NCBI GenBank assembly: GCA_963844035.1
Contig: CAWJMT010000036.1
Span: forward strand, 128,001 to 192,000
Reading direction: 5' to 3'
DNA length: 64,000 bases
Source: an uncultured Gemmatimonadales bacterium
GTDB taxonomy: Bacteria; Gemmatimonadota; Gemmatimonadetes; Gemmatimonadales; GWC2-71-9
The notes under the pieces: model-generated
Database searches by the model: none
What the model saw: the letters and a program-made list of their open reading frames with translations, nothing else
What the model was told of the DNA's origin: nothing
Translations under genes and position numbers: made by a program
Shown: positions 30,766 through 40,577 of the stretch, piece by piece
How the letters are laid out: every line of letters begins with the position of its first letter
Position numbering within the stretch: the stretch's first letter is position 1

Positions 30766-33700
30766 TCAGTCGGCCGGGGCCGGCGCCGCCCGAGGCTCGT
30801 CGCCGAGGCTGGTTCTCCGCCAGAATGAGAATCCGCGCAGGCGATGCTGCAGGTCGTCCAAGTACGTGTAGATCACCGGGGTCACGTACAGCGTGATGAT
30901 CTGCGAGAACGCCAGGCCGCCGACGACCGCGATGCCGAGCGGCCGGCGTGACTCGGAGCCAGTGCCGAAGCCGAGCGCGATCGGCAGCGTCCCCATCAGC
31001 GCCGCCATCGTCGTCATCATGATCGGCCGGAACCGGATGCTGCACGCCTCGACGATGGCGTCGCGCGCCGACTTCCCGGTATTCCGCTGCGTTTCGATGG
31101 CGAAGTCGATCATCATGATGCCGTTCTTCTTCACCAGGCCGACGAGCATGATGACGCCCACGAACGCGTACACGGTCAGGTCGACGCGGAAGATGAGGAG
31201 CGTCAGCAGCGCGCCGAACCCCGCGAACGGCAGCGCCGAGAGGATCGTGAGCGGGTGGATGAAGCTCTCGTACAGGATGCCCAGCACCATGTAGATCACG
31301 AACACGGCCACGATCAGCAGGGCGAGGAGCCCGGCCTGGCTCGACTGGAACGCCTGGGCGGTTCCCGAGAAGCTCGTGGTGATGGTGGCCGGCAGCATCT
31401 GTCGCGCGATGCGCTGCACCTGGCCGACGGCGGTACCGATAGCGACTCCTTCCCGCAGGTCGAACGAGATGGTGACCGACGGCAGCTGTCCCGAGTGGCT
31501 CACGGTCAGCGGTCCCACGCTCGATGTCAGGCTCGCGATCGAGGAGAGGGGCACGAGCGGCCCGTTTTTGGAGCGGATGTACAGCAGGCTCAGTGCGGAC
31601 AGGTCCTGCTGGTACTCCGGCAGCAGCTCCATCACGACCCAATACTGATTGGTGGAGGTGTAGATCGTGGACACCTGCGCGGATCCGTAGGCGCCGTACA
31701 GGGCCTCTTCCACCTGGCGGGCGGTGACTCCGAGCGCCGCGGCCCGGTCCCGATTGATGGTCACCGTCGCCTCCGGATTCGAGATCTGGAGATCGCTCGT
31801 GACGTTGATCAGGTCCGGCAGCTTGGCGAGCTCCGCCGTGAGCCGCGTCGCGTTGTCGTATAGTGCGATGCGGTCCGGGCTCTGGAGCGTGTACTGATAC
31901 AGGCTCTTGGTGCGGCGGCCGCCGATCTGGATCGGCGGGGGGTTCTGGAGGAACACCCGGATCCCGGGGATGCCGGCCAGCTTGCCGTTGAAGTAGCGGA
32001 TCAGCTCGTCCACGCTCATGTCGCGCTGCGAGCGGGGCTTGAGCTGCATGAACAGGCGCCCCTGGTTGATCTGGCCGCCGCCCAGGAACGACATGGTCGC
32101 TTCGATGTTGGGATCCTGCTGCAGGATCGCCATGACCTGTTGCTGGTGTCGCACCAGGTCGTCGAACGACGTGCCCTGGACGGTTTCCGTGGTGCCGAAG
32201 ATCTGGGACGTGTCCTCACTGGGAAGGAATCCCTTGGGGACGATGACGAACAGCGCGACCGTGGCGACCAGGATGGCGGCGGAAAAGCCGAGCGTCGCGG
32301 GCCGCCGCGCCATCACCCAGGCGAGGCTGCGCTCGTACCAGCCCAGCACCCGTTCGTACACGCGCTCCGACGCCTGGTAGAACCGCCCGTGCTGCGCCTC
32401 ACCCGGCGGCGCGAGGAAGCGGCTGCACAGCATCGGGGTCAGAGTGAGCGAGACCACGCCCGACACCAGGATGGCGGCGCCGATCGTCACCGCGAATTCG
32501 TGGAACAGCCGGCCGACGATCCCGCCCATGAACAACACCGGAATGAACACGGCCGCGAGCGACAGCGTCATCGACAGAATGGTGAATCCCACCTCACGCG
32601 ATCCGGCCAGGGCCGCCTTGAGGGGCGGCTCGCCCTTCTCCATGTGGCGCACGATGTTCTCGAGCATCACGATGGCGTCGTCCACGACGAACCCGACCGA
32701 CAGGGTCAGCGCCATCATCGAGAGGTTGTCGAGGCTGTAGTCGAACGCGTACATCACGGCGAATGTGCCGACGAGCGAGAACGGCAGCGCCAGGCTCGGG
32801 ATGACCGTCGCCGAGAGGTTGCGCAGGAACAGGAAGATGACGAGCACGACCAGCGCCAGCGTCAGGAACAGCGTGAACTGCACGTCGTGGAGCGAGTCGC
32901 GAATCGACACCGAGCGGTCGGAGCGCAGCTGCAGGTCGACCGAGGCGGGGAGCAGCGGCTTGAGGCTCTCCATGACGGCGCGCACGCGGCTCGCGACGGC
33001 CACGGTGTTCGTGCCCGGCTGCCGCTGCACCGCGAGCACGATCGCCCGGTCGTCGTTGAACCAGGCGGCGCTCTTGTTGTCCTGCACGTCGTCCAGCACC
33101 TGTCCCAGGTCCTGGAGGCGCACGGGGGCGCCGTTGCGGTAGGCGACGACGAGCGGCCGGAAGGCGGCGGCGTTCTCGAGCTGGCCGTTCGTCTCGACGG
33201 TGTAGGCGCGATGCGGCCCCCACAGAATGCCCGTCGGCAGGTTCACGTTGCCCGCGGCGACCGCGTCCGAGACCTCGTCGATCCCGATGCCGCGGGTCGC
33301 GAGGGCTTTGGGATCGAGCTGAATGCGCACGGCGTACTTCGCGGCCCCGTAGACGTTCACCTGCGCGACGCCCTCCACCATCGACAGGCGCTGCGCGATG
33401 AACGTTTCGGCGTATTCGTCCAGCGCCGGCAGCGAGAGCGTGCTCGAGCTCAGCGCGTAGTAGATGATCGGCTGATCCGCCGGATTCACCTTCTGGTACG
33501 AGGGCGGCACGATGCCGGTGGGCAGCTGGCGCAGGGTCTTCGAGATCGCCGCCTGGACGTCCTGCGCGGCCGCATCGATGTTGCGGTCCAGACTGAACTG
33601 CAGGGTGATGGACATGCTGCCGAGGCCGGACGACGAGGTCATCTGGTCCACGCCCGCGATGGTCGAAAACTGTTTCTCGAGCGGCGTGGCCACCGCCGAC

Positions 33701-33879
33701 GCCATCGTCTCCGGGCTCGCGCCCGGCAGGCTCGCGTTCACGGTGATCGTGGGGAAATCGACGTTGGGGAGGTTGCTCACCGGCAGGAGGCGGTAGGCCA
33801 TCGTGCCGAAGACGAGAATGCCGAGCATGACGAGCGTCGTCATGATCGGCCGCCGGATGAAGAGCTCGGAAAGGTTCAC
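30766..33879 (-). CDS. RND efflux permease (MdtB/MdtC-like)
   Basis: FIRRPIMT, LPGASPETMASAVATPLE, GFVVDDAIV, KKNGIMM, RFRPIMMTT. Confidence 0.95.
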   Translation of the reverse strand: MNLSELFIRRPIMTTLVMLGILVFGTMAYRLLPVSNLPNVDFPTITVNASLPGASPETMASAVATPLEKQFSTIAGVDQMTSSSGLGSMSITLQFSLDRNIDAAAQDVQAAISKTLRQLPTGIVPPSYQKVNPADQPIIYYALSSSTLSLPALDEYAETFIAQRLSMVEGVAQVNVYGAAKYAVRIQLDPKALATRGIGIDEVSDAVAAGNVNLPTGILWGPHRAYTVETNGQLENAAAFRPLVVAYRNGAPVRLQDLGQVLDDVQDNKSAAWFNDDRAIVLAVQRQPGTNTVAVASRVRAVMESLKPLLPASVDLQLRSDRSVSIRDSLHDVQFTLFLTLALVVLVIFLFLRNLSATVIPSLALPFSLVGTFAVMYAFDYSLDNLSMMALTLSVGFVVDDAIVMLENIVRHMEKGEPPLKAALAGSREVGFTILSMTLSLAAVFIPVLFMGGIVGRLFHEFAVTIGAAILVSGVVSLTLTPMLCSRFLAPPGEAQHGRFYQASERVYERVLGWYERSLAWVMARRPATLGFSAAILVATVALFVIVPKGFLPSEDTSQIFGTTETVQGTSFDDLVRHQQQVMAILQQDPNIEATMSFLGGGQINQGRLFMQLKPRSQRDMSVDELIRYFNGKLAGIPGIRVFLQNPPPIQIGGRRTKSLYQYTLQSPDRIALYDNATRLTAELAKLPDLINVTSDLQISNPEATVTINRDRAAALGVTARQVEEALYGAYGSAQVSTIYTSTNQYWVVMELLPEYQQDLSALSLLYIRSKNGPLVPLSSIASLTSSVGPLTVSHSGQLPSVTISFDLREGVAIGTAVGQVQRIARQMLPATITTSFSGTAQAFQSSQAGLLALLIVAVFVIYMVLGILYESFIHPLTILSALPFAGFGALLTLLIFRVDLTVYAFVGVIMLVGLVKKNGIMMIDFAIETQRNTGKSARDAIVEACSIRFRPIMMTTMAALMGTLPIALGFGTGSESRRPLGIAVVGGLAFSQIITLYVTPVIYTYLDDLQHRLRGFSFWRRTSLGDEPRAAPAPAD

Positions 33880-34993
33880 GGGTCCGCCTCCGGCTCGAGG
33901 GGCGCCACCCACCGGGCTCTTCACCTCGACCTGTGCCCCGGAAACGAGACGCAGCTGCCCGTCGATCACGACCTGATCGCCCACCTGCACTCCCTGCGAC
34001 ACGACCGAGTACCCGCCGCTGGTACGCGCCACCGTGACCGGCCGGGCCTGAGCGGTGCCGCTCTGATCGACCACGAATACGTACGTCCCCTGCTGGCCCG
34101 TCATGACCGCCTGTGAAGGGACGACGACGGCCTTCTGATCCACGTACAGCTGCAGACGCACGGTGACGAACTCGCCCGGCCAGAGCGCATTGTCCTGGTT
34201 CGCGAATTCGGCCTTGAGGAGCACGGTACCGGTGGTGGTGTCGACGTTGTTGTCGACAAACGTGAGGACGCCGGTGGCGGAGGTGGTGTCCTGTCCCGAT
34301 GGACTCACGAGCACGGAGAGGCGGTTGCCGCGATAGCGCTGGACCTGGGGCAGACTCTGCCCCGGCACGGCGAACCGGACCAGGATCGGGTGAATCTGGT
34401 TGATCACGACGAGCGGATCGGCGCTGGCGCGTACGAGGTTGCCCGGGCGGACCAGCAGCCTGCCCGTACGGCCGGCGATCGACGCCCGGATGGTGGCCCA
34501 GCCGAGGTTGAGCTGGGCATTCGCGACGGTGGCTGAATCGGCGCGCACCGTCGCGGTGAGTCGCATCCGCGGTGGCGCGCTTCTCTTCGTATTCCTGCTT
34601 GGTGACGTAGTCCTGTTGGACGAGCTCAGCGTAGCGGTTCGCTTCGAGCTGGGCGTTGGTCGCCTGGGCCACGTCTCGCGCTAACCCGGCCTGGGCCTGC
34701 TGCAACGCCGCCTGGAACGGGCGCGGGTCGATCTGAAACAGCACCTGGCCGATCGCGACGTCGTCGCCCTCGCGGAAGGAGACGGCGGTGAGGATGCCAG
34801 TGACCTGCGACTGCACGGATACTGTCTGGCGGGGCTCGACCGTCCCCGTGGCGAGGATTTCGTAGGGGACGGCGCGTTGCTCCGCGTGCGCGATGGCGAC
34901 GGGCACGCGCTTTGGCGCCCCGCCGGCGCCTCCCCGCGAGCAGCCGGCGGCGAGTACGAGCAGAGCGAGGGGTGCGGCGGTGCTGCGGGTCAT
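33876..34993 (-). CDS. RND periplasmic adaptor (MFP), frameshift near 34562; lacks its own stop as written
   Basis: Lipobox AAGC, LFQIDPRPFQAAL, DNNVDTTTGTV, LWPGEF. Confidence 0.88.
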
Positions 34994-36465
34994 TTCGGAG
35001 TATCCACTGTATCGGCTCGAATTTGCAACGGGCTCGAGCCGTCGAGCCCGAGGATCCCGCTGTCGCGGGCGAGCTGCGCGAGCGCCGTGTACCAGTTGAA
35101 CCGGGATTGAATCACCTGCGCCCGGGCGTTGGCCAGCGCCGCCTGCGCGGTCAGCACATCGAGCACGCTTCCGGCGCCCGCCCTGTAACGGCCCGACGCC
35201 ACCTGCTCGGACTCCCGGGCGCTGTTCAGCAGATCGGAGCTGGTGCGCACCTGCTGGGTGGCGGTGCGGAGCGCGTAATAGGAGCGGAACACCTCGTACA
35301 CGACCTGTTGTTCCAGCCCCCGCGCCTGATGCGCCGCGGCCTGCGCAGCTTCCTGCGCGGCCTTGATGTCGTAGCGGCGCGACCAGCCGGAGAAAATCGG
35401 GATCTGCAACGTGACGGTCGCCGCATAGCCGTTGCCGCTCGGCGTGTTGTCGAAGAAATAGATGGCCTGGTAATTCCCTCCCACCACGAGCGACGGCAGA
35501 GCGGCGCCCCGCGCCACGCTCACGCGGGATTGCGCGGCTCGTGCTTCTGCGCGTGCCGCCATCAAATCGGGGCGCCCCCGTATCGCGCGCTCGATCAGCG
35601 TTTCGATGCTGTCGGCGATGCCGAGGGGCGGCGGTCCGCCCGGGGGCGGCCCGATGTCGTAGGGCACGGTGGCCGGGAGCCCCATCGACAACGCCAGGGC
35701 TCCTCGGGTCGTGTGAATCGCGCCTTCGATCGACTCGAGCTGGAGCTGTACCTGGGAAAGCGCCGTCCTGGCCTGCAGCACATCGGCGATGGTGGCGAGC
35801 CCCACTCTGTGGCGCTGCTCGGCGGCGCCGAGGTTGGCGCGGGCCTCGTCCAGCGTGGTCCGCTGGGCCTGGAGCAGCGCTTTGATCGCCATGTACGCGA
35901 AGTAGGCGGTCTCGGTCGCCAGGACCACGTCCTGAATCGTCGCATTGTGGCTCCAATCGGCGGCGAGCAGCGCGTGACGCGCTTCCCCGATGGACCCGCT
36001 GCGACCGCCGAAGTCGAGCAGCAGCCAGGACAGGTTGACAGTGGGGCTGTAGAACTGCTGTTTCACCGCCACCCTGCCGCCGGACGGGGACGTCTGCACG
36101 GCGGTGGCCGCGCCCTCGAGGGTGATCGTGGGAAAGTACTGGCCGCGCGCCGACCCGTACGCGGCGGCCGCGGAGCGCGCCTGGGCCCACGCCACGCTTG
36201 TAGCGGTGTTGTTGCGCAACGCGACGTCCAGGACATCCGTCAGCTTCAGCTCGAGGGCGCGTTCCACGATGTCCGCGGGGATCTGAGGCGCCGGTGGGGG
36301 TTGCGGCGCGACCTGCTCGGACCGTGGTGGCGTCCAGAACGCGCCTGAGGACGGGGCCGCACCGGCGACGCCGCCGACGTTCGGAGGGTTGTGCGCGCAG
36401 CCGAGGAGGAGGCCCGCGAGCACCGCGGCGGTGCGTGGCGACGCTGATGGAGTCGTCATGCTCAT
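34990..36465 (-). CDS. TolC family outer-membrane efflux lipoprotein
   Basis: LLLGC lipobox, LLDFGGR, GLATIADVLQA, YRAGAGSVLDVLTAQ. Confidence 0.9.
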   Translation of the reverse strand: MSMTTPSASPRTAAVLAGLLLGCAHNPPNVGGVAGAAPSSGAFWTPPRSEQVAPQPPPAPQIPADIVERALELKLTDVLDVALRNNTATSVAWAQARSAAAAYGSARGQYFPTITLEGAATAVQTSPSGGRVAVKQQFYSPTVNLSWLLLDFGGRSGSIGEARHALLAADWSHNATIQDVVLATETAYFAYMAIKALLQAQRTTLDEARANLGAAEQRHRVGLATIADVLQARTALSQVQLQLESIEGAIHTTRGALALSMGLPATVPYDIGPPPGGPPPLGIADSIETLIERAIRGRPDLMAARAEARAAQSRVSVARGAALPSLVVGGNYQAIYFFDNTPSGNGYAATVTLQIPIFSGWSRRYDIKAAQEAAQAAAHQARGLEQQVVYEVFRSYYALRTATQQVRTSSDLLNSARESEQVASGRYRAGAGSVLDVLTAQAALANARAQVIQSRFNWYTALAQLARDSGILGLDGSSPLQIRADTVDTPK

Positions 36466-36571
36466 ATCTTTGTTAAGGGTGCGTGGAATCGTTGCAAATA
36501 CTATAACATGAGGGGCATGGCGCACTTGAGTGATACGCTGGGCGAGGGACAAGGTTGCGGGATGATGGCTG

Positions 36572-36958
36572 ATGACTGAAGACTCGGTGCGCCTGGATAA
36601 ATGGCTCTGGGCCGCCCGCTTCTTCAAGACGCGGGCGCTGGCGGTCGAGGCGATCGGCGGCGGCAAAGTGCTGGTGAACGACGCGCGCGCGAAGCGGGCC
36701 AAACCGATCCGCGTCGGAGACAGGATCCGCCTGCGGCTGGGGCCCTACGAGTACCGGCTGACGGTCCGCGAGGCGTCCGAGCGGCGCGGGCCCGCCGCAG
36801 AAGCGGCTCGGTTGTACGAGGAGGATGCCGAGGGGAAGCGGGCGCGCGAAGCCCTCGCAGCGCAGCACAAGCTGCTTCCGACTCCCGCGTTCCGGGGGAA
36901 GGGCCGGCCTACCAAGAAGCAACGGCGGGATATCGATCGCTGGGAGGAGGGGGAGTAG
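36572..36958 (+). CDS. hslR: Ribosome-associated heat shock protein Hsp15 (S4 domain)
   Basis: VRLDKWLWAARFFKTR, RGPA..A..LYEE, GRPTKKQRR. Confidence 0.93.
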   Translation: MTEDSVRLDKWLWAARFFKTRALAVEAIGGGKVLVNDARAKRAKPIRVGDRIRLRLGPYEYRLTVREASERRGPAAEAARLYEEDAEGKRAREALAAQHKLLPTPAFRGKGRPTKKQRRDIDRWEEGE

Positions 36959-37027
36959 GGCGGCCTCCAAGACGAGGGCGCCGAGTCTCAGCCCCCGGCG
37001 CCCTTCCTCAATTACCTCAGTGTCAGG

Positions 37028-37408
37028 TCAGTTGTGGCCGGGCCGACGACGAAGCAACCACCCCAATCCGAGACCGATTCCCGAGCTGACCAGCGCCACC
37101 ATCGCCAATTTCTTGGTCTGCCCGAATGGGATGAACCTGGTGTCTTGGCCGCTGATTTCGACCACGCCGATCGGCGTCGCCCTCACGCCGCCGCCCGCTC
37201 CCTCGCCGGCTTCATCGGCGGCCCGTTCGGGGCCGCTGGCACCCTCACTCTTCCTGTGGCCCGCGCCTCCCCCGAAGCCCAATGCCACCTTGGCTACGGG
37301 AATGACGGTCTTGCCGTCCACGACGACGGGCTCGCCGTACACCTTCTTCACGCTGGCGGTGGTTTGCAGGTGCTCGACCGCCGATTCGATCAGCTGCTTG
37401 GTGCTCAT
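37028..37408 (-). CDS. GerW/YtfJ-family protein
   Basis: VYGEP....KTVIPVAKV..GFGGGAG, GGG...TPIG. Confidence 0.85.
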   Translation of the reverse strand: MSTKQLIESAVEHLQTTASVKKVYGEPVVVDGKTVIPVAKVALGFGGGAGHRKSEGASGPERAADEAGEGAGGGVRATPIGVVEISGQDTRFIPFGQTKKLAMVALVSSGIGLGLGWLLRRRPGHN

Positions 37409-37494
37409 AGTGGCTCCCTGTAAGTGGTCGTGGAGGAAATGACGCACCGCTGGGCTGAGACGGTCGTGAAGGCGGAGTGACGGTAGGTTCACTG

Positions 37495-37536
37495 AAAAAG
37501 ACTTCCCCCCGCGGGGCTTTGGCGCCGCGGGGGGAA
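37495..37536 (-). terminator. Rho-independent terminator downstream of hsp20
   Basis: 12-bp stem TTCCCCCCGCGG/CCGCGGGGGGAA followed by GTCTTTTT on the minus strand. Confidence 0.8.
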
Positions 37537-37554
37537 CTGTCGCCTCGCTGAAGG

Positions 37555-38037
37555 CTACTTCAAGGCTTTCTGCGGCGGGGCGACTTCCACCTTGATGAGG
37601 TGCGGTTTGGCTGCCTCGACTTTGGGCAGCACTACCGTCAGCACGCCGTTGTCGAAGGTCGCTTTGATCTTGTCGGGCGCGACCGTCGCCGGCAGTGTGA
37701 AGCGGCGCTCGAATGCGCCATATGTCCGCTCATACCGATGCACCTTCTCGGCCTTCTCCTCTGCTATCTGCTCCTTGTTCCCTTTGATCGTCAGCACGTT
37801 GTTCTCGACTGTGATATGCACATTCTCGAGTTTGACGCCCGGCAGCTCCGCAACGATGCGGATGAACTCTGCCTCCTCGAAGATGTCGACCAGCGGCATC
37901 CAGGCGGTTGTTGCTATCTCTGGGGCGTTCCACTCCATCAGTCCATAGGGCTCGAAGAAGCGGCCCATACGACGCTCCAGCCGGTACAGCAGATCCAGCA
38001 TCGGATCCGTCTGCGGCTTCGTGGTGATGTTGAACAT
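37555..38037 (-). CDS. Hsp20/alpha-crystallin small heat shock protein
   Basis: PLVDIFE, AELPGV, ERTYGAFERRFTLP, NGVLTVVLPK; GGGAGG RBS. Confidence 0.93.
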   Translation of the reverse strand: MFNITTKPQTDPMLDLLYRLERRMGRFFEPYGLMEWNAPEIATTAWMPLVDIFEEAEFIRIVAELPGVKLENVHITVENNVLTIKGNKEQIAEEKAEKVHRYERTYGAFERRFTLPATVAPDKIKATFDNGVLTVVLPKVEAAKPHLIKVEVAPPQKALK

Positions 38038-38206
38038 GGTAATCCTCCCTTTGACGTTGCACCCCGAACGTAGTCGCCTCGGGGTGAAGCGTGGTGAGGT
38101 CACCCTGAGGCTTTCGAGCGGATACCTTCACGCTCAGCGGCCTTGCTCGAACTGTTCCGTCGCTGCGAGCTTCTTGTACACATCGGCTATCACTCTTGGG
38201 GGGGCT

Positions 38207-38548
38207 ATGAACGTGCGGTCAGGGAACTGGAAAGCAGGCATCGTAGCGGCGGTGTTCGGGGTCGTTCTGGGGGCCGCACCAGCGGTTGCTCAGGCGCCTG
38301 ACGGGGCGGCGCTGTACAAGCAGTACTGCAAGGCGTGTCACGGCGCGAAGGGAATTCCGTCGAAGCAGATGGTGACGATCTACCCGGGCCTGAAGGCGTT
38401 GGCCGATAGCGGCGCGCTTGCCAAGCTTCCGACGGACACGGTGATCGCCGCGATGCAAAAGGGGAGAGGCACCACCATGAAGGCGTTCGGCGACGTGCTG
38501 TCGCCCGAGCAGATGGCGGCGGTAGCGAAGTTCACCAAGACGTTGTAG
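38207..38548 (+). CDS. Monoheme class I cytochrome c
   Basis: Signal peptide, DGAALYKQYCKACHG, distal Met in MKAF. Confidence 0.9.
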   Translation: MNVRSGNWKAGIVAAVFGVVLGAAPAVAQAPDGAALYKQYCKACHGAKGIPSKQMVTIYPGLKALADSGALAKLPTDTVIAAMQKGRGTTMKAFGDVLSPEQMAAVAKFTKTL

Positions 38549-38557
38549 CAGCCGCCG

Positions 38558-40018
38558 TCACGGGCGCAGGGGCGGTGGAAACGTATCGTAGAAGTGTGGC
38601 TCGGCGTTGCTGGTCCCCCGTAGCGCGGCCATGTACTGGGCCAGCTCTTCAATTTCCTGGTGCGAGAGTACCGGCGGCCCGAACGCGGGCATGTGCGACT
38701 CCGCATAGAACCGGCTCGGCTGCTCGATGAAGCTGTGCAGCCACCCGGCTGAGTGCCGCAACCCCACCGTCGAGAGGTCCGGGCCCACCTCGCCGCCCTG
38801 ACCAGCGATGAGGTGGCAGCCCCCGCATTGCTGCGACTGGTACAACGCGCGACCCGCTCTCTCCGCCGAGCTGAGTGCGCGGCCCGTCTCGGGGGCCGTG
38901 ATCGGGCCGCGGCCCGCCGCCCCGATCAGGATGCCGGCGCCGCCGAGAATACCGACCAAGCAGATCAATGCGAATGGCCGATGCAACAGGTTTCGGGTGC
39001 TCCCCCGATCAAAGAACGGCAGTCCCAGCAGAACCAGGATCAGCGCCGCCGGAACGCCGACCGCGATGAGGCTTTCCAGCGAGCCGGGAACAAGCTTGAG
39101 GAGCTGATAGATCGGCAGGAAGTACCACTCCGGCCGCGGCACGTAGGCCGTGTCGGTGGGGTCGGCTGGAGGATCGAGCGGAGCGCCCAGCGCGAACGCG
39201 AGCAGCACGATGACAACGACGGTGCCCGCCGATACGATGGCGTCCTTCCCCAACACGTCCGGCCAGAATCGCACCCCCCCCCGCTTGGACGCAGCGTACG
39301 CCTGTCGATAGTAGGCCGGATATCCTGGATCCCCGGTCCCCTTCGGCGCCCCCACCTCCAGGTCCTTCGGGCGCGCGGCGATGCCCTGGCGTACCACGAC
39401 CACCAGATGGAGAGCGACGAAGACAGTAATCACCAGCGGCAACCACAGGGCGTGGAAGGCGTAGAAGCGCGCCAGCGTCGCCGCCCCGAGCTCCGCGCCC
39501 CCGCGGAGTAGCGCGACCAACGCGGAGCCCAGCACGGGCGTCGTCCCGGCCATGTTCGTGCCGACGGCGGTGGCCCAGTACGCCTTCTGGTCCCAGGGTA
39601 GGAGGTATCCGGTGAAACTGAATACCATCACGATCAGGAACAGCCCCATTCCCACGATCCAGTTGACCTCGCGGGGATACTTGTACGCTCCCACGGCGAA
39701 TACACGAATCATGTGTGCGACAATGAGGACCACCATCACGCTCGCTGCCCAATGGTGGATCCCGCGCAGCAGGGAACCGCTCGCGACCTGAGTTTCGATG
39801 AACCGAATGCTCTCGTAGGCGTGATCGGGCGAGGCGGAGTAGTAGGTCGCCAGGGTCACACCGGTGATGACCTGCACGAGAAAGACGGTGAGCGTCGCGC
39901 TCCCCAGCGTGTGCCACCAGGTGAGGCGGTCGGGGACTTCGCGGTCGAGCAGATCTCGCTTGGCCCGCACGAGATCCAGTCGTTCGTCGAGCCAGCGGAA
40001 TGGGTTCATCATCATCAT
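38558..40018 (-). CDS. Cytochrome b (b6 + subunit IV regions) fused to a C-terminal cytochrome c
   Basis: His pairs H-x13-H and H-x14-H, TGYLLPWDQ, PEWY, then CGGCH...GPDL...MPAF. Confidence 0.93.
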   Translation of the reverse strand: MMMMNPFRWLDERLDLVRAKRDLLDREVPDRLTWWHTLGSATLTVFLVQVITGVTLATYYSASPDHAYESIRFIETQVASGSLLRGIHHWAASVMVVLIVAHMIRVFAVGAYKYPREVNWIVGMGLFLIVMVFSFTGYLLPWDQKAYWATAVGTNMAGTTPVLGSALVALLRGGAELGAATLARFYAFHALWLPLVITVFVALHLVVVVRQGIAARPKDLEVGAPKGTGDPGYPAYYRQAYAASKRGGVRFWPDVLGKDAIVSAGTVVVIVLLAFALGAPLDPPADPTDTAYVPRPEWYFLPIYQLLKLVPGSLESLIAVGVPAALILVLLGLPFFDRGSTRNLLHRPFALICLVGILGGAGILIGAAGRGPITAPETGRALSSAERAGRALYQSQQCGGCHLIAGQGGEVGPDLSTVGLRHSAGWLHSFIEQPSRFYAESHMPAFGPPVLSHQEIEELAQYMAALRGTSNAEPHFYDTFPPPLRP

Positions 40019-40019
40019 C

Positions 40020-40550
40020 TCAGGTCGAGGCCTTGGCGGTGACGCCCAGGTGGAAGTCCTTGTAGTCGGCATAGAGCACGCCGTCTTCGACCTTCACCTG
40101 TAAGGTGTCGAGCGGCCGCGGCGGCGGGCCCCCCAGGACGGCGCCGGTCGCGATCTCGAAAAAGCCCGAGTGGCACGGGCAGCGAAACACCTTCTTTTCG
40201 GTGTCGAGCGAGTAGTTGCACCCCAAGTGGGTGCAGCGTCCGTTGTAGACCGTGAAGTGCTCACCGTCCGCCGTGTAGATCCACACGTTGCGGAGCCGGC
40301 GGGTCTCCACCCAGGCGTCGTTGGCGGTATCGACGAAGTCCAGCTTGGTCGGGACCTCGGTCTCGAACTGGCTGACGTCCCCTAAGCGAACCCATTTCTC
40401 AGGTCGCTTTTGCCCGAAGACCGGCGAGAGGAATGCACGCGCCGCCGGAACGCCGGCGAGCAACGTGCTGAGAAATCCGCCCACCGCCGTGGCCCACTTG
40501 AGGAACGTGCGCCGGCTGGCGCGGACAACGTCCGCTGGTTGCACTGCCAT
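40020..40550 (-). CDS. Rieske 2Fe-2S subunit of a Rieske/cytochrome b complex
   Basis: Tat motif SRRTFLK, CTHLGC, CPCHSG, GPPPRPL. Confidence 0.95.
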   Translation of the reverse strand: MAVQPADVVRASRRTFLKWATAVGGFLSTLLAGVPAARAFLSPVFGQKRPEKWVRLGDVSQFETEVPTKLDFVDTANDAWVETRRLRNVWIYTADGEHFTVYNGRCTHLGCNYSLDTEKKVFRCPCHSGFFEIATGAVLGGPPPRPLDTLQVKVEDGVLYADYKDFHLGVTAKAST

Positions 40551-40577
40551 GGTGCAGACCTCCTGGGAGTTCCGTTC

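Noticed and set aside
32140..36348. Long alternative-frame and antisense ORFs (e.g. 32594..36190, 32140..34116, 34912..36348, and similar across the window)
   Set aside because: Arg/Gly/Pro-rich shadow frames expected at high GC, overlapping well-supported genes. Only the MFP N-terminal segment within 32594..36190 is real.
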